64,000 nt of DNA, taken from assembly GCA_965208575.1 (NCBI GenBank), contig CBDBOV010000002.1, positions 480,001 to 544,000 on the forward strand. The letters run 5' to 3'. A program made the translations under genes and the position numbers. Positions 1 through 10,212 of this stretch are shown piece by piece; within the stretch, counting starts at the first letter, position 1, and every line of letters begins with the position of its first letter. This stretch comes from Spirochaetia bacterium (GTDB lineage: Bacteria; Spirochaetota; Spirochaetia; SZUA-6; Bin103). The notes below the pieces were generated by a model. It saw nothing but the letters and a program-made list of their open reading frames with translations, ran no database searches and was not told where the DNA came from.

Positions 1-39
1 CAGGGGCACCGATCTGTTCCAGATTTCGAATAGACCGCA

Positions 40-471
40 ATGTATCTCCTGGACACGAACGTGATTTCGGAACTGCGCCGACCGCGACCGAACAGGGCGG
101 TTGTTGGTTGGGTTGGCGAGCAGGCGGCCGACCGATTGTTCCTGTCTGCGGTGACCATCGGCGAGATACAAGCCGGTATCGAGATCACCCGCGAGCAGGA
201 TGGCACCAAGGCCGATGAGATCGAGGCGTGGCTCGAAGACGTGTTGGCGTCACGCAACGTACTGCCCGTGGCTTCGGCGGAGTTCAGGGCATGGGCGCGG
301 CTCAAGCACCGGCAGTCGAACACACTGCTCGAGGATGCCATGATTGCCGCCACCGCGGTGGTCCACCGGCTGACCGTCGTAACCCGCAACATCCGTGATT
401 TCCGGCAGCTCGGCGTGCCGGTGCTCGATCCGTTCGGTCCGGTTTCCGGCAACGGCACGCCGACCGCATAA
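40..471 (+). CDS. vapC: VapC-family PIN toxin
   Basis: YLLDTNVISE N-terminus, EDAMIAATA and VTRN.RDF PIN motifs; the antitoxin probably ends just upstream at the window edge. Confidence 0.93.
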   Translation: MYLLDTNVISELRRPRPNRAVVGWVGEQAADRLFLSAVTIGEIQAGIEITREQDGTKADEIEAWLEDVLASRNVLPVASAEFRAWARLKHRQSNTLLEDAMIAATAVVHRLTVVTRNIRDFRQLGVPVLDPFGPVSGNGTPTA

Positions 472-556
472 GCGGTCACGGCACACTGCTCGCTCCTACC
501 GTTCGAAGAAGAACTGTGTCAGTCAGGGCGGGAGCCCTCGGCGGCCACCCTCGGTG

Positions 557-845
557 TCATGTGCCGGCCCGCCGTACGTTCGCCGGGGGAGCGTCGAACA
601 CCGCCGTTACGTCTACGGCAAAGCCTTCCAACAGCGGCGAAGTGGCGGTGTCGCCGCGAACGAATACGCCATGCTCCACGTACGCGTCTTCCCACAGCGA
701 AAGCACGGTGATGGTCTCGTCGCGCGGGTCGGCGATCCAGTACTCCGGTATGCCCGCTTCGGCGTAGTCGATGCGTTTTTCCACCAGGTCCCGTCCCGGG
801 TTGTCCGGACTGACGACCTCCGCTACCAAGTCGGCGCCCGTCCCG
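557..845 (-). pseudogene. Uma2-family (PD-(D/E)XK) endonuclease, C-terminal fragment
   Basis: ADLVAEVVSPDN...DLVEKRIDYAEAGIPEYWIADP...SPLLEGF; no family-like N-terminus, abuts the MFS gene end; 5' boundary approximate. Confidence 0.8.
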
Positions 846-909
846 GCGGTGAGCCGCGGCGCGTCTTTGCCGGCACGATTCCGCGACGGCGCCCCGGCCC
901 GGCCGCGGG

Positions 910-2034
910 TCACGTGATGGCAGCGCCGTCGGGACCGGGCGGCCTCCAGAGGCGCAGCGCCACAACCACCGCGAGCACCAGGATGAGCCCGAGGCCGCTC
1001 ATTCCGGCCACGGCCAGCGGCGCCCCGGCCACTTCCGCCAGCCCGCCGAGCGCGAGCGCACCGAACGGCTGCGAGCCGATGCCCAGGGTCACCGCGCCGA
1101 GGGCGCGCCCGCGTAGCGCCGGATCGGTGCCCTGCAGGACGACCGATGTCTGCAGCACGGCGAAGGAGGCGAAGCCGAGGCCGCCCACGCACAGGACGGC
1201 GATCGACAGCGGGTAGCTGCGCGACAGCGCGAACACGAAAATGCAGGACAGCAGCAGCAGGGAGCCGCCGCTGAACACGCGTCCGGCCAGCCGCGGCGGC
1301 ACCGCGCCGGCGGCGAGCGCGCTGAACAGGGCGCCGAGCCCGGCGGCGCTGCCGAGCAGGCCGTAGGCGACCGGACCGACGGCCAGTTCGTCGCGCGCGA
1401 TTACCGGCAGCATGAACTGGTACGGGAAGGCGCAGGCGTTCATCACCATGGTGATCAGCAGCACCGCCAGCACGGAGCGGTTGGCGGCCACCGCGCGCAA
1501 CGCCTGCAGCAGGCGCAGCCGGCGCGCCGGCGGTCCGCCGGGTACGTCGCGCGGCACGCCCAGCACCAGCGCGAGCGAGCAGCCGACCAGGGCCAGCAGC
1601 AGCGCATAGGCGCCGCTAAAGCCGAGCGTTGCGATGGCCAGCCCGGCAAGCGAGGGACCGAGCAGGTAGCTGCCGGTGAGGGTGGTGGTGTCCAGGGCGG
1701 CCACCGTGCCGAGCGCGGTGCGCGGCACCAGGTGGGCCATCAGCGCGCGGTGCGCCGAGAAGTCGGCGGCGAAGCCGATGCCGCTCGCGAACACCGCCAG
1801 GTAGAGGTGCAGCGGAGTCGCGGCTCCGAACGCGGTGGCCACCACGACGGAGGCGATGGCGGCCAGCACGAGCGCGTGCGCGACGGCGACCAGGCGGCGC
1901 TTCGAGGCGCGGTCCACCACGGCGCCGATGCCGAGCCCGAACAGCAGCAAGGGCGTCATCCGCACCACGCCGACCAGCGCCACCCGCGACGGCGACCCCG
2001 TGAGGTCGAACATCAGCCACCCGAGCACCGCCAA
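910..2034 (-). CDS. MFS transporter
   Basis: Many TM segments, GAVVDRASKRR motif A, LRGRALG motif. The frame stays open upstream to ~2196 (LLREGPFRRLLL); the coupled ATG at 2207 is out of frame, so the true start is uncertain. Confidence 0.88.
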   Translation of the reverse strand: MAVLGWLMFDLTGSPSRVALVGVVRMTPLLLFGLGIGAVVDRASKRRLVAVAHALVLAAIASVVVATAFGAATPLHLYLAVFASGIGFAADFSAHRALMAHLVPRTALGTVAALDTTTLTGSYLLGPSLAGLAIATLGFSGAYALLLALVGCSLALVLGVPRDVPGGPPARRLRLLQALRAVAANRSVLAVLLITMVMNACAFPYQFMLPVIARDELAVGPVAYGLLGSAAGLGALFSALAAGAVPPRLAGRVFSGGSLLLLSCIFVFALSRSYPLSIAVLCVGGLGFASFAVLQTSVVLQGTDPALRGRALGAVTLGIGSQPFGALALGGLAEVAGAPLAVAGMSGLGLILVLAVVVALRLWRPPGPDGAAIT

Positions 2035-2199
2035 CTCGCCGGTGCGGACGATGTAGAACAGCGCCGCCGCCAGCAGCAGGCGGCGGAACGGGCCTTCGCG
2101 CAGCAGGGCGGCGGCGCGCCCCAGCGGTCCGGCCGGCTGGGCGCCGGTCAGGGGAGGGGAACCGGCGGGACCGCGGCCGGCGCGCGGGTGGACGGCCTA

Positions 2200-3252
2200 C
2201 TAGTCATCCTGTGCCCGCAGCAGGGAGTAGATGGAGGTGAGCAGGTCCATGGCGTGCAGGGACTCCTCCTTGCCGTACTGCGGGCACTCGCGCAGCCCGG
2301 CAGCCAGGCAGCGGTGCACCGCCTCCGCCTGGTACAGGAAGCCGTGTTGATTGGGATGCGGGCGCCGCATGCCGAACGTGCCGGGCAGCGGATACTCGAA
2401 TACCTGCACCGGCAGCGGTACGTTGGCGGTGGCGTACAGGGAGGGTACCTGGTCATCGGCGGCCTGGCAGACCGACATGCGGGTCGGGCTGTGCGCCGGG
2501 CGGTGCAGGGTAATCCGCCCGCCGCTGCCGGCGATCTCGGTCACCTCGGGGAACTCGCTACGCCGCGCCGGGAAGGTGAGCATGGCGCAGCGGTCGGGGC
2601 CGTACTCGACCACCGCTCCGCGCACGTTGCGGCCGGCCACGCCGATCGCGGTCGGCCTGGCGGCGGCGCCGAACGCCAGCGGCGCCGCCTGCACGGCGTA
2701 GATCGGGTCGAAGAAGTCCGACTGCACCAGCGACACCTGGCCGATGGCGCCCTCCTCGATCAGCGTGCGGGCGTGCTCGACCGCCGGGAAGAAGCGCGTC
2801 CACACGGCGTCCTGCAGCATGACGCCCCGCTCCCCCGCCGCCGCGTACATGGCGCGCGCGTCGGCGGCGTTCTCGGCCAGCGGCTTCTCGCACAGCACGT
2901 GCTTGCCGGCCGCGACGGCGAGCAGGGTGTGCTCCTTGTGCACGCTGTTGACGGTGCCGACGTACACGATGTCCACCTCCGGCGCGGCGACCATGGCGGC
3001 GTAGTCGCCGTACGCGGCGGCAATGCCGAAGCGTGCCGCGAACCGCTCGGCGCGTGCCCGGTCGCGCGCCGCCACGGCGGTCACCGTGGCCCCGGGGCAG
3101 GCCACTAGGGCCTCCACCCACTGGGTCGAGATGCGGCCCGCGCCGAGGATGCCCCAGCGCAGCGGGTAGGCGGTGTCGGCGGCGTCGGTCAGGCCGCGGC
3201 GCAGGTCGAGTGGCAGGGAGGGCGGCAGGGTGCGCGCCGTGGAGTCGGTCAT
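2200..3252 (-). CDS. Gfo/Idh/MocA-family oxidoreductase
   Basis: LRWGILGAGRI, AGKHVLCEKP, WTRFFP motifs. Confidence 0.93.
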   Translation of the reverse strand: MTDSTARTLPPSLPLDLRRGLTDAADTAYPLRWGILGAGRISTQWVEALVACPGATVTAVAARDRARAERFAARFGIAAAYGDYAAMVAAPEVDIVYVGTVNSVHKEHTLLAVAAGKHVLCEKPLAENAADARAMYAAAGERGVMLQDAVWTRFFPAVEHARTLIEEGAIGQVSLVQSDFFDPIYAVQAAPLAFGAAARPTAIGVAGRNVRGAVVEYGPDRCAMLTFPARRSEFPEVTEIAGSGGRITLHRPAHSPTRMSVCQAADDQVPSLYATANVPLPVQVFEYPLPGTFGMRRPHPNQHGFLYQAEAVHRCLAAGLRECPQYGKEESLHAMDLLTSIYSLLRAQDD

Positions 3253-3426
3253 GACGCCGCCACCCTACCCCGGCCCCCGCCGCAACGTCGATGCAGCCGT
3301 ATGCAGCCGCGGCAACCGTTGACGGTCGCGCCGATCGTGTGTGATCAACCGAGACAGGGGCAGCACGGATGGCACTCTCGCGCCGGCGTCGACAGGGAAG
3401 GAGCCGGAGGCGGGCTTGATGCGAAC

Positions 3427-3525
3427 ATGAAACTTGGCATGAGACTGCAGGTCGACAAGACCTTGAACGACGACAACCTGGCGTTCCTGAAGCAACTCGG
3501 CGTAGATCACCTCATCGTCGGTGTC
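3427..3525 (+). pseudogene. Possible N-terminal fragment of a mannonate dehydratase-like gene
   Basis: MKLGMRL...LNDDNLAFLKQLGVDH resembles UxuA-family N-termini, then the sequence degenerates. Confidence 0.45.
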
Positions 3526-3630
3526 GGTGCGGCTGCCGGTTACCCGGAGCGACTCCCGTCAACGGCGGCCGGCTCATGCTGTAACGACACGCTCGCCGGC
3601 CGGGCGCGGCGCGGCGCGGGAGGGGGCGGA

Positions 3631-4689
3631 CTAGGCGGTCGCCCGGAGGCCGGGAACGACGTACGGGGTGGCGCCGGCGGGCAGCGGTGGGGTGAAGAAG
3701 TAGGTCGAATCGCGGCGCTGGCGCCGCACCGTGTCCACCAGTTCCTTCCAGGTAGCCGGCAGGCCCCTGGCGGCAATCGGTAGGTCCCAGCCGATCGCCT
3801 CGCGCAGCTTGGGGAGGTTGTAGTAGGGCACCGCGGCGTACATGTGGTGCTCCACGTGGTACTGCAGGTTCCAGTAGAAGAACGCGGAGACCGGATCGCT
3901 GAGGTAGGTGCGGGTGTTCTGCCGCCAGTCGGCCACGTCGGGGCGCATGCCGATGTGCTGCGGGGAGTGGGTGAGCACCCGGTACCACTGGTTGGCGAAC
4001 GGCGCCAACTGCACCAGCACGACCAGGTACCAGTTGCCGCTGGCGACGAACAGTACCAGCAGCGCCGCGTGCACCAGCAGCGTGAAACGGGCGAAGCGGC
4101 GCAGCGAGCGGATGCCGCGGGCATCGTCCGGCGGGAAGATGCGGCGCTCCCACTCGGCGGTGAACATCTTCTCCCAATCCCGCCGGAGAGCCCAGCGAAG
4201 CTGCTGCCGCACCAGGGCGTAGAGCCCGGGGACGTTGAGGGTGAGCACCCAGACCAGGTTCTTCCAGCGCAGCGGGTCGCCCGGCAGGACCACTTCCATC
4301 TCGTGCTCGTGGTGGGTGGTGTAGCGGTGATGCGCGCCGTGGCTGTGGCGCATGTGCACGCCGTTCTTCCAGTTCAGCAGACACGAGATAGCGTAGAAGA
4401 ACTCGTTCAGCCAGCGTGTCCTGAACACCGTCTTGTGGGACAGCTCGTGGTGGCCGGCGCTGCCGTAGTGGCCGGAGAAGGTGGTGTGCAGGAACAGGGT
4501 CAGCACCACCAGCGGCCAGCTCCAGTGCTGAAAGGCGTGCAGCGCGAGCACGGCCGTCGCCGCCATGAAGCCGAGCTGACCGAGGTTGTCCAGCAGCGGG
4601 CGCAGGTCGCGGCGCCGGTTCAGTTCGGCCAGTACGGCCTTGTCGATCGGCGTCCGGTGCCACGGAATCTTTACGGCAGCCGTGTGCAT
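3631..4689 (-). CDS. Fatty acid desaturase-family membrane di-iron enzyme
   Basis: His boxes HELSH, HGAHH, HVEHH. Confidence 0.92.
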   Translation of the reverse strand: MHTAAVKIPWHRTPIDKAVLAELNRRRDLRPLLDNLGQLGFMAATAVLALHAFQHWSWPLVVLTLFLHTTFSGHYGSAGHHELSHKTVFRTRWLNEFFYAISCLLNWKNGVHMRHSHGAHHRYTTHHEHEMEVVLPGDPLRWKNLVWVLTLNVPGLYALVRQQLRWALRRDWEKMFTAEWERRIFPPDDARGIRSLRRFARFTLLVHAALLVLFVASGNWYLVVLVQLAPFANQWYRVLTHSPQHIGMRPDVADWRQNTRTYLSDPVSAFFYWNLQYHVEHHMYAAVPYYNLPKLREAIGWDLPIAARGLPATWKELVDTVRRQRRDSTYFFTPPLPAGATPYVVPGLRATA

Positions 4690-4726
4690 TGACTCAAGTC
4701 CACCCTAATGCATCGCGGTCACGTGG

Positions 4727-5017
4727 TCACGTGGCCACGTTCAGGTTCGGGCTGCAGGCCGCCGCGAACAGAGGTGGCTCGAACGCCTCGAACGAGATCG
4801 CCTGCCCGATCGTCAACGGGAGCAGCGGATCGCCGGACTCGGCTTCGATCCCTTCCCATAGCGCAAAGCACTCGGCGCTCGTGATCGTCTTCCGGCCGCT
4901 CGCGAACAGGTCACGCGGAAGCCCGGACCGCCGCAGCACGTTTTCGGTGCTGATCCCGGCATCGTTCATCAGCAGCGCCCACCCCGGGCTCAATGCGTAT
5001 TCGGTCCGAGTGTTCAT
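4727..5017 (-). pseudogene. AraC-family regulator, N-terminal fragment (HTH absent)
   Basis: VLRRSGLPRDLF...FALWEGIE...FEPPLFAAACSPNL typical of AraC N-terminal ligand-binding domains; ends after 96 aa. Confidence 0.75.
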
Positions 5018-5045
5018 GACTCAGAGTTGGGGCACGAGTGACCCT

Positions 5046-5879
5046 TCAGCCCGCGAACCGTCGCATTATCCGGTCATAGATCCGGTCGGTTGTCCAGCGA
5101 CGCAGGAACAGGAACATCCTGGCGCCGTAGCCGGTCACGTACCGGGTCTTGGGCCGACGCGCCTTCAGCGCGTCCGAGATGGTGGCGGCGATCACCGCGG
5201 GCGGCGACCCCATCGGCCGCGATCCTCCCTCGGACCGCTCCATCATTCCCCGGAACCGCTCCATCATCGGAAGGACCTGCTTGGCGTACGCGCCGTCGGC
5301 TGATCGCTCCATCGCCGGACCGAAGGCGACATCGCCGAACTCGGTGCGGACACCACCCGGCTCTATGACGACGACGTCGATCCCGAACGGCGCGACCTCG
5401 TAGCGCAGGCAGTCGGACCAGCCCTCGAGGGCATGCTTGGTGGCGTGATACCACGCGCCGAACGGGGTCCAGATCTTGCCCCCCATCGACGAGACATTGA
5501 TCACCGTCCCCTTCCCTCTCTGGCGCATGTAAGGCAGCGCCAACTGAGTAAGCCGCGCCAATCCGAACAGATTCACCTCGAACTGGTACCGTGCGTCCTC
5601 CAGCGCAACGTCCTCCACTGCACCGTAGAGGGCGAAGCCGGCGTTGTTCACCAGGACGTCGATGCCTCCTTCCTCGGCCTTGATGCGATCCATCACCATC
5701 CGGACGTCCTCTTCGCTGGTGACATCCATCTGCAACACCCTCGCACCCAGCTCCTCGAGACTGCGCATCCTGTCGAGACGACGAGCGGCCGCATAGACGG
5801 TGCAACCGTCCTCCAAGAGCCTCACGGCCGTTGCTGCGCCGATCCCCGACGACGCTCCCGTGACGAGTACCGTCTTCAT
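5046..5879 (-). CDS. Short-chain dehydrogenase/reductase
   Basis: TGASSGIG, NNAG, YHATK catalytic motif. Confidence 0.95.
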   Translation of the reverse strand: MKTVLVTGASSGIGAATAVRLLEDGCTVYAAARRLDRMRSLEELGARVLQMDVTSEEDVRMVMDRIKAEEGGIDVLVNNAGFALYGAVEDVALEDARYQFEVNLFGLARLTQLALPYMRQRGKGTVINVSSMGGKIWTPFGAWYHATKHALEGWSDCLRYEVAPFGIDVVVIEPGGVRTEFGDVAFGPAMERSADGAYAKQVLPMMERFRGMMERSEGGSRPMGSPPAVIAATISDALKARRPKTRYVTGYGARMFLFLRRWTTDRIYDRIMRRFAG

Positions 5880-6082
5880 CGTGACCTTCCTTCCATTGGG
5901 CTGGACTGTACTGCCGGCATACCTTCAGGTAACTGGCGAATTACGCCACTCCAGAGACAAAAAGCGCCAACTTGATTCGTGGTCCCAGTGTTCCAGTTGC
6001 CAGGAGCGAACGTAGGTGCCCTCGTCGCGCAGCGGATTCGCCGGCCGGGGGCGCTCCGTGTGAGGGGTTCCCGCCGTGGAGG

Positions 6083-6466
6083 TCAGAACAGGGCGCGCCG
6101 GTAGTGGCGGCGCATCGCCCGGTCCCTGGTCACGAGAAGCGCCGCGGCGGCGGAGGCATTCGCGGTGATCAACCGGTCGAACGGATCCCTTGTCCACGTC
6201 TGCAACAGTGCGGCGCCAACAATGGGAGCGGTCGGCAGCGTGCACATCCTCAGGTCGATGCGATCTTGCAGATAGCCGAGCACGACATCCGGGGGTTCAT
6301 TCAGACGCCCGATCTCCAGCAGATACTGAAGCTCGAGACGGACGAATTGCGAAGCGATCAGTCGATGGCTCTCGATAACGTGTGCGGCGGCGGGTGACAG
6401 CTTGGCAGTCTCCCCGTCGCGCAGCCAGATTACCACGTGGGTGTCTAGGTGGGCAGCCGGTTCCAT
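6083..6466 (-). CDS. PIN-domain toxin (VapC-like)
   Basis: LDTHVVIW, RDPFDRLI, LVTRD motifs. Confidence 0.9.
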   Translation of the reverse strand: MEPAAHLDTHVVIWLRDGETAKLSPAAAHVIESHRLIASQFVRLELQYLLEIGRLNEPPDVVLGYLQDRIDLRMCTLPTAPIVGAALLQTWTRDPFDRLITANASAAAALLVTRDRAMRRHYRRALF

Positions 6467-6675
6467 TCGCTCTCCCACGACATGCCGATCACCTCGTCGG
6501 AGTCGCCGATGTATGCCCTGATCGTTGGTTCCTGCAGCCGCGCAAGGCGCGATGGCGACTCCTCGCGCTCGATCACGACCACCGTCCCTTTGCGCTCGAT
6601 CCTGACCGGCCCCTCGCCGGCGGCAACGCGGTCGAACACTGCATAGAGATTCTTCCGTAGCTGCGTCAGAGTCAC
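6445..6675 (-). CDS. Phd/YefM-family antitoxin
   Basis: TLTQLRKNLYAVFDRVAAGE.PVRIERKG; overlaps the PIN gene start; GTG start at 6675 inferred. Confidence 0.82.
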   Translation of the reverse strand: MTLTQLRKNLYAVFDRVAAGEGPVRIERKGTVVVIEREESPSRLARLQEPTIRAYIGDSDEVIGMSWESEWNRLPT

Positions 6676-6841
6676 CCGGTCACGGTACAGCGCGTACGCT
6701 GCACGGTCAAGAACGCGCATTGACTCATCGAAAATCTAACCGTAGCGAAAGCATGCCTCATCTAAAAATCTAACCGAACGGGCTGGACCTTCCGGGTCCG
6801 GTTGGAGCCTCTCCGAGGGACGTGAGGAGGTTCCGGAGGAG

Positions 6842-8116
6842 ATGGGGTTGAAGATGAGTTCAAGGCGAGAGCTCACCGAGCAGCACGCGCAGCGGTATCG
6901 TCGGGCGGGCAAGAAGGAGAAGGGGCGCATACTCGACGAGTTCGTCGAGTCGACCGGGTACCAGCGCAAGTACGCGATCCATCTGTTGACCTGGTGGGGA
7001 CGGACCCGCATGGTGCGAGTCGACGGCACACTGGTGAAGCTGGTGGTCGGGCGTCCGCGGCCTGCCCAGCGCCGCGTGCGACCGCGGCGCTACGACCAGG
7101 AGGTGCTGGTCGCTCTGAAGCTGATCTGGTACGTGTTCGACTGCATGTGCGGCAAGCGCCTGGTGGTCGTGCTGCGCACCATGCTGCCGACGCTGGAGTC
7201 GTTCGGCGAGATCGAGCTGACCGCAGCGGTGCGCGGCAAGCTGCAGACCATCAGCGCCGCGACCATCGACCGGCTGCTGCAGCAGGAGCGCGCACGGCTG
7301 CGCCTGAAGGGTCGCACGCACACCAAGCCGGGCACCCTCCTGAAGGATCAGATCGCGATCCGAACCTTCGCTGACTGGGACGAGCAGGAGCCGGGCTTCT
7401 TCGAGATCGACTTGGTGGGCCATGAAGGCGGCAACGCGTCAGGCGACTTCTGCCACACGCTCACCATCACCGACGTTGACACCGGCTGGGTCGACCTGTA
7501 CGGCGTGCAGAACAAGGCGCAGCGCTGGACCCACGAGGCGATCGACGCTGCCCGGCAGAGCCTGCCGATCGTGATGCGGGGGATCGACACCGACAACGGC
7601 AGCGAGTTCATCAATCATCATTTGCTGCGCTATTGCGAAGCGCACGGCATCACGTTCACTCGGGGTCGCCCGCATCGCAAGAACGACACCTGCTACGTCG
7701 AGCAGAAGAATGGCCACGTGGTGCGACGGGCGGTCGGCCACCTGCGTTACGACACCGACCGGGAACTGGCTGCCCTCAACGCGATATACCGCCCGCTGTG
7801 CCTGCTGGTGAACTTCTTCTATCCCTCGGTGAAGCTGGTGAAGAAAACCCGCACCGGCAGCAAGGTGCGCCGCATCTATGACGACCCGCAGACGCCGTAT
7901 CACCGCATGCTGGCCTCCGAGTCGGTGAGCGAGAAGGTGAAGAACCGCCTCAAGCAGCAGTACGCGACGTTGAATCCGGTCGCCCTCAAGCGCGAGCTGA
8001 CCAGGTTGACCGAGGATCTGCTGCAGCTGAACGTCAGCAAGACCGCCAAGGCCGCACCAAGCACGGTGCAAACACCGAGCGAGGAGCGTGGTGGCAGCGG
8101 TCGCACGGCAAAATGA
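6842..8116 (+). CDS. DDE integrase/transposase (rve-type, ISNCY-like)
   Basis: KGRILDEF HTH, PGFFEIDLV, DTDNGSEFIN, ND.CYVEQKN; GGAGG RBS. Confidence 0.92.
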   Translation: MGLKMSSRRELTEQHAQRYRRAGKKEKGRILDEFVESTGYQRKYAIHLLTWWGRTRMVRVDGTLVKLVVGRPRPAQRRVRPRRYDQEVLVALKLIWYVFDCMCGKRLVVVLRTMLPTLESFGEIELTAAVRGKLQTISAATIDRLLQQERARLRLKGRTHTKPGTLLKDQIAIRTFADWDEQEPGFFEIDLVGHEGGNASGDFCHTLTITDVDTGWVDLYGVQNKAQRWTHEAIDAARQSLPIVMRGIDTDNGSEFINHHLLRYCEAHGITFTRGRPHRKNDTCYVEQKNGHVVRRAVGHLRYDTDRELAALNAIYRPLCLLVNFFYPSVKLVKKTRTGSKVRRIYDDPQTPYHRMLASESVSEKVKNRLKQQYATLNPVALKRELTRLTEDLLQLNVSKTAKAAPSTVQTPSEERGGSGRTAK

Positions 8117-8240
8117 CCCTCTCAGGCGGGTCTGACGGTCGATAATCGGAGAATGGGCGGTCAGCGATGAGAAAACGTCGCCTCAGCCGCGCTGTAAGGC
8201 CCCTCCACGACACGAGGTGGTGTCTGGATACCCCCGTGTC
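8106..8240 (+). repeat. Structured direct repeat, copy A
   Basis: 8177-8240 matches 10149-10212 at 60/64; weaker similarity extends back to cggcaaa(a)tgac; ends in hairpin GACACG...CGTGTC. Confidence 0.9.
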
Positions 8241-8258
8241 TATGCATAACCATGCAAT

Positions 8259-9932
8259 TCAGTGCAACTTTATCCGCGACCGTAAGCCGGGTGGCGGAGT
8301 CCCGGTGCCGTCCCTGCAGTGCCTCGGCGAGGCGATTGCGGACCGCTGCCAGCCGGCTGCGTACCCGCCTGATGCTCTTTTCCAGGGCCCGGCGCACCGG
8401 TTCACGACCCGTGCGTCGGGCTCCGGCGGCGCAAGGTCATGGCTCGGCAGCGCGTCAAGGTTGAACTGCTCGCGCAGGTACTTGAAGAAGTTCTCCTGCG
8501 ACCAGCGCGAGAACATGGCGCCGGCGACCTGCGCCAACGGCATCTGCGGGTGCGTGGTGATCACCGCCACCTGACGACCGTTGGCCAGACGCCGCCGGAT
8601 CTGGCGCACCACCAGCCCGTTGCGCAGCATGATCGGCTGCTCGGCCAGATCAACCGCAGTCGTGCTGGTGCCGGCGGGACCATGGATCGGTACCTCGAAG
8701 GTGTGGAAGTCTTCCGGCAGCCAGTCCGCGCCGTTGAAGTTCTTGTGCCAGGTGATGCAGGCGATGCCACGCCGGGCCAGGCGCTTGAACAGGTCCGGGC
8801 TCCAGCCCTCGCGGTCGAACACCAGGGTCAGCTGCGGGGTACCGGCCGGTGCTCCGGTCAGGTCGGGGGCCGCTTCGGTCACCACCCCCAGGTGCTGCAA
8901 CTGCGGCACCACGTCGTGCTTGATCGCATTCACCGGCTTCGGGTCCAGCGCCTTGTGCAGGCACAGCAGCGGTGCGCCGCCGAGGGCGTTGATCCAGTAG
9001 CTCACCGACGCCGGCAGACACAGCTTCTGGCGTGCGACGAAGTGTTTCGGCAACCGCCCGTTGCGCCCGGTGTACACCTTCACGTGGCCATCCACGGCCA
9101 GCGTCGTCCAGTCGTCGTCGTGCTCGCTGGCCCAGGTACGCGCCAGTACCGATTGCCAATCGCGCACGGTGTGCTCGGCGCTGGCCAGCAGCCTGATCTT
9201 GCGGCGCAGCGTCTTGGTCTCCGGACAGCGGTCGAGGCCGAGGATGGCGCCCCACTCGCCGGGTGCCTGGTAGCGCAGGCTCTCGGGGTTGCGCACCCGG
9301 GCCAGGGTCATGCAGGCGACGAACAGGAGGATGGTGGTCAGGCCGTAGAATCCGGCCGGCAGGCGGAACAGGCGGTTGGCGGCGGTGAGCAGGCCCTCGC
9401 GCAGCAGCATCGCCAGTGCGGCCAGCACGCCGCCGCCAGCGACCGCGTGGGCGGGCTCGACGAACGCTGGTGTGGCCTCGGTCAGCAGGCCGGCTCTGGC
9501 GAGCGTGCGGCGTTCCACGTCGCGCGCCGCGCGGCCCATGGGCGCGTGCTTGTCGCGGGCGTCGCGGCTGGCGCGCTCAGTGGCGACCGCCGGGTCGCTG
9601 ACCGCGGCGGCGGTGCTGACCGGGTGATCAGTGGTGGTGGCCGCCGGCGCAACCTCGGCGCTGGCGGCGGGCTCCCGGGTGGGATCTGTGATGACGCCGG
9701 CGCGGCGGTTCTCGTTGAAGGTGCTCACCGGGATGCCGAGTTCGCGAGCGCAGGCTGAGCCGCTCATCCCGGAAGCGAGCAGCTTGGCTGCCTGGTCCGC
9801 CATCTCGGCGTCGTCCACGGTGGCCTCCACGGCACCGCGCCGGCTGACTCCGGTCGGGCTACGCCCTCCGTCCGTCAGCGGGGTACAGCATCTCCTCCGC
9901 CCCGTTCGATCCCGACGGCTCCGGTGTCGCAA
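8259..9932 (-). pseudogene. Second, unrelated DDE transposase; truncated and frameshifted near 8395
   Basis: VDGHVKVYTG, VFDREGWS, RWSQENFFKY motifs; coding continues briefly in another frame (RRALEKSIRR) and then stops. Confidence 0.82.
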
Positions 9933-10080
9933 CCTCGTCGCCTACCCCGTCCCGGCGGTGGGGAATTGTCATGACCCTGCCCCGGGCAACGCACCTCGGT
10001 GCAGTTGTCCGGGGCGCCTCGCTCCGTGCGCTCCGCAGCAACCTGCGCGCCGCTCGCGGCGTGGGCGGCATCACCCGGCT

Positions 10081-10212
10081 CGGCAAATGACTTCTGAGCG
10101 TCTCTGACGCCCGTATATCCGTGAGCCAGACGGTCGGCGTCAAGAAATGTCGCCTCAGCCGCGCTGTAAGGCCTCTCCGCGACACGAGGTGGTGTCTGGA
10201 CATCCCCGTGTC
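10081..10212 (+). repeat. Structured direct repeat, copy B
   Basis: Partner of 8106-8240. Confidence 0.9.
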
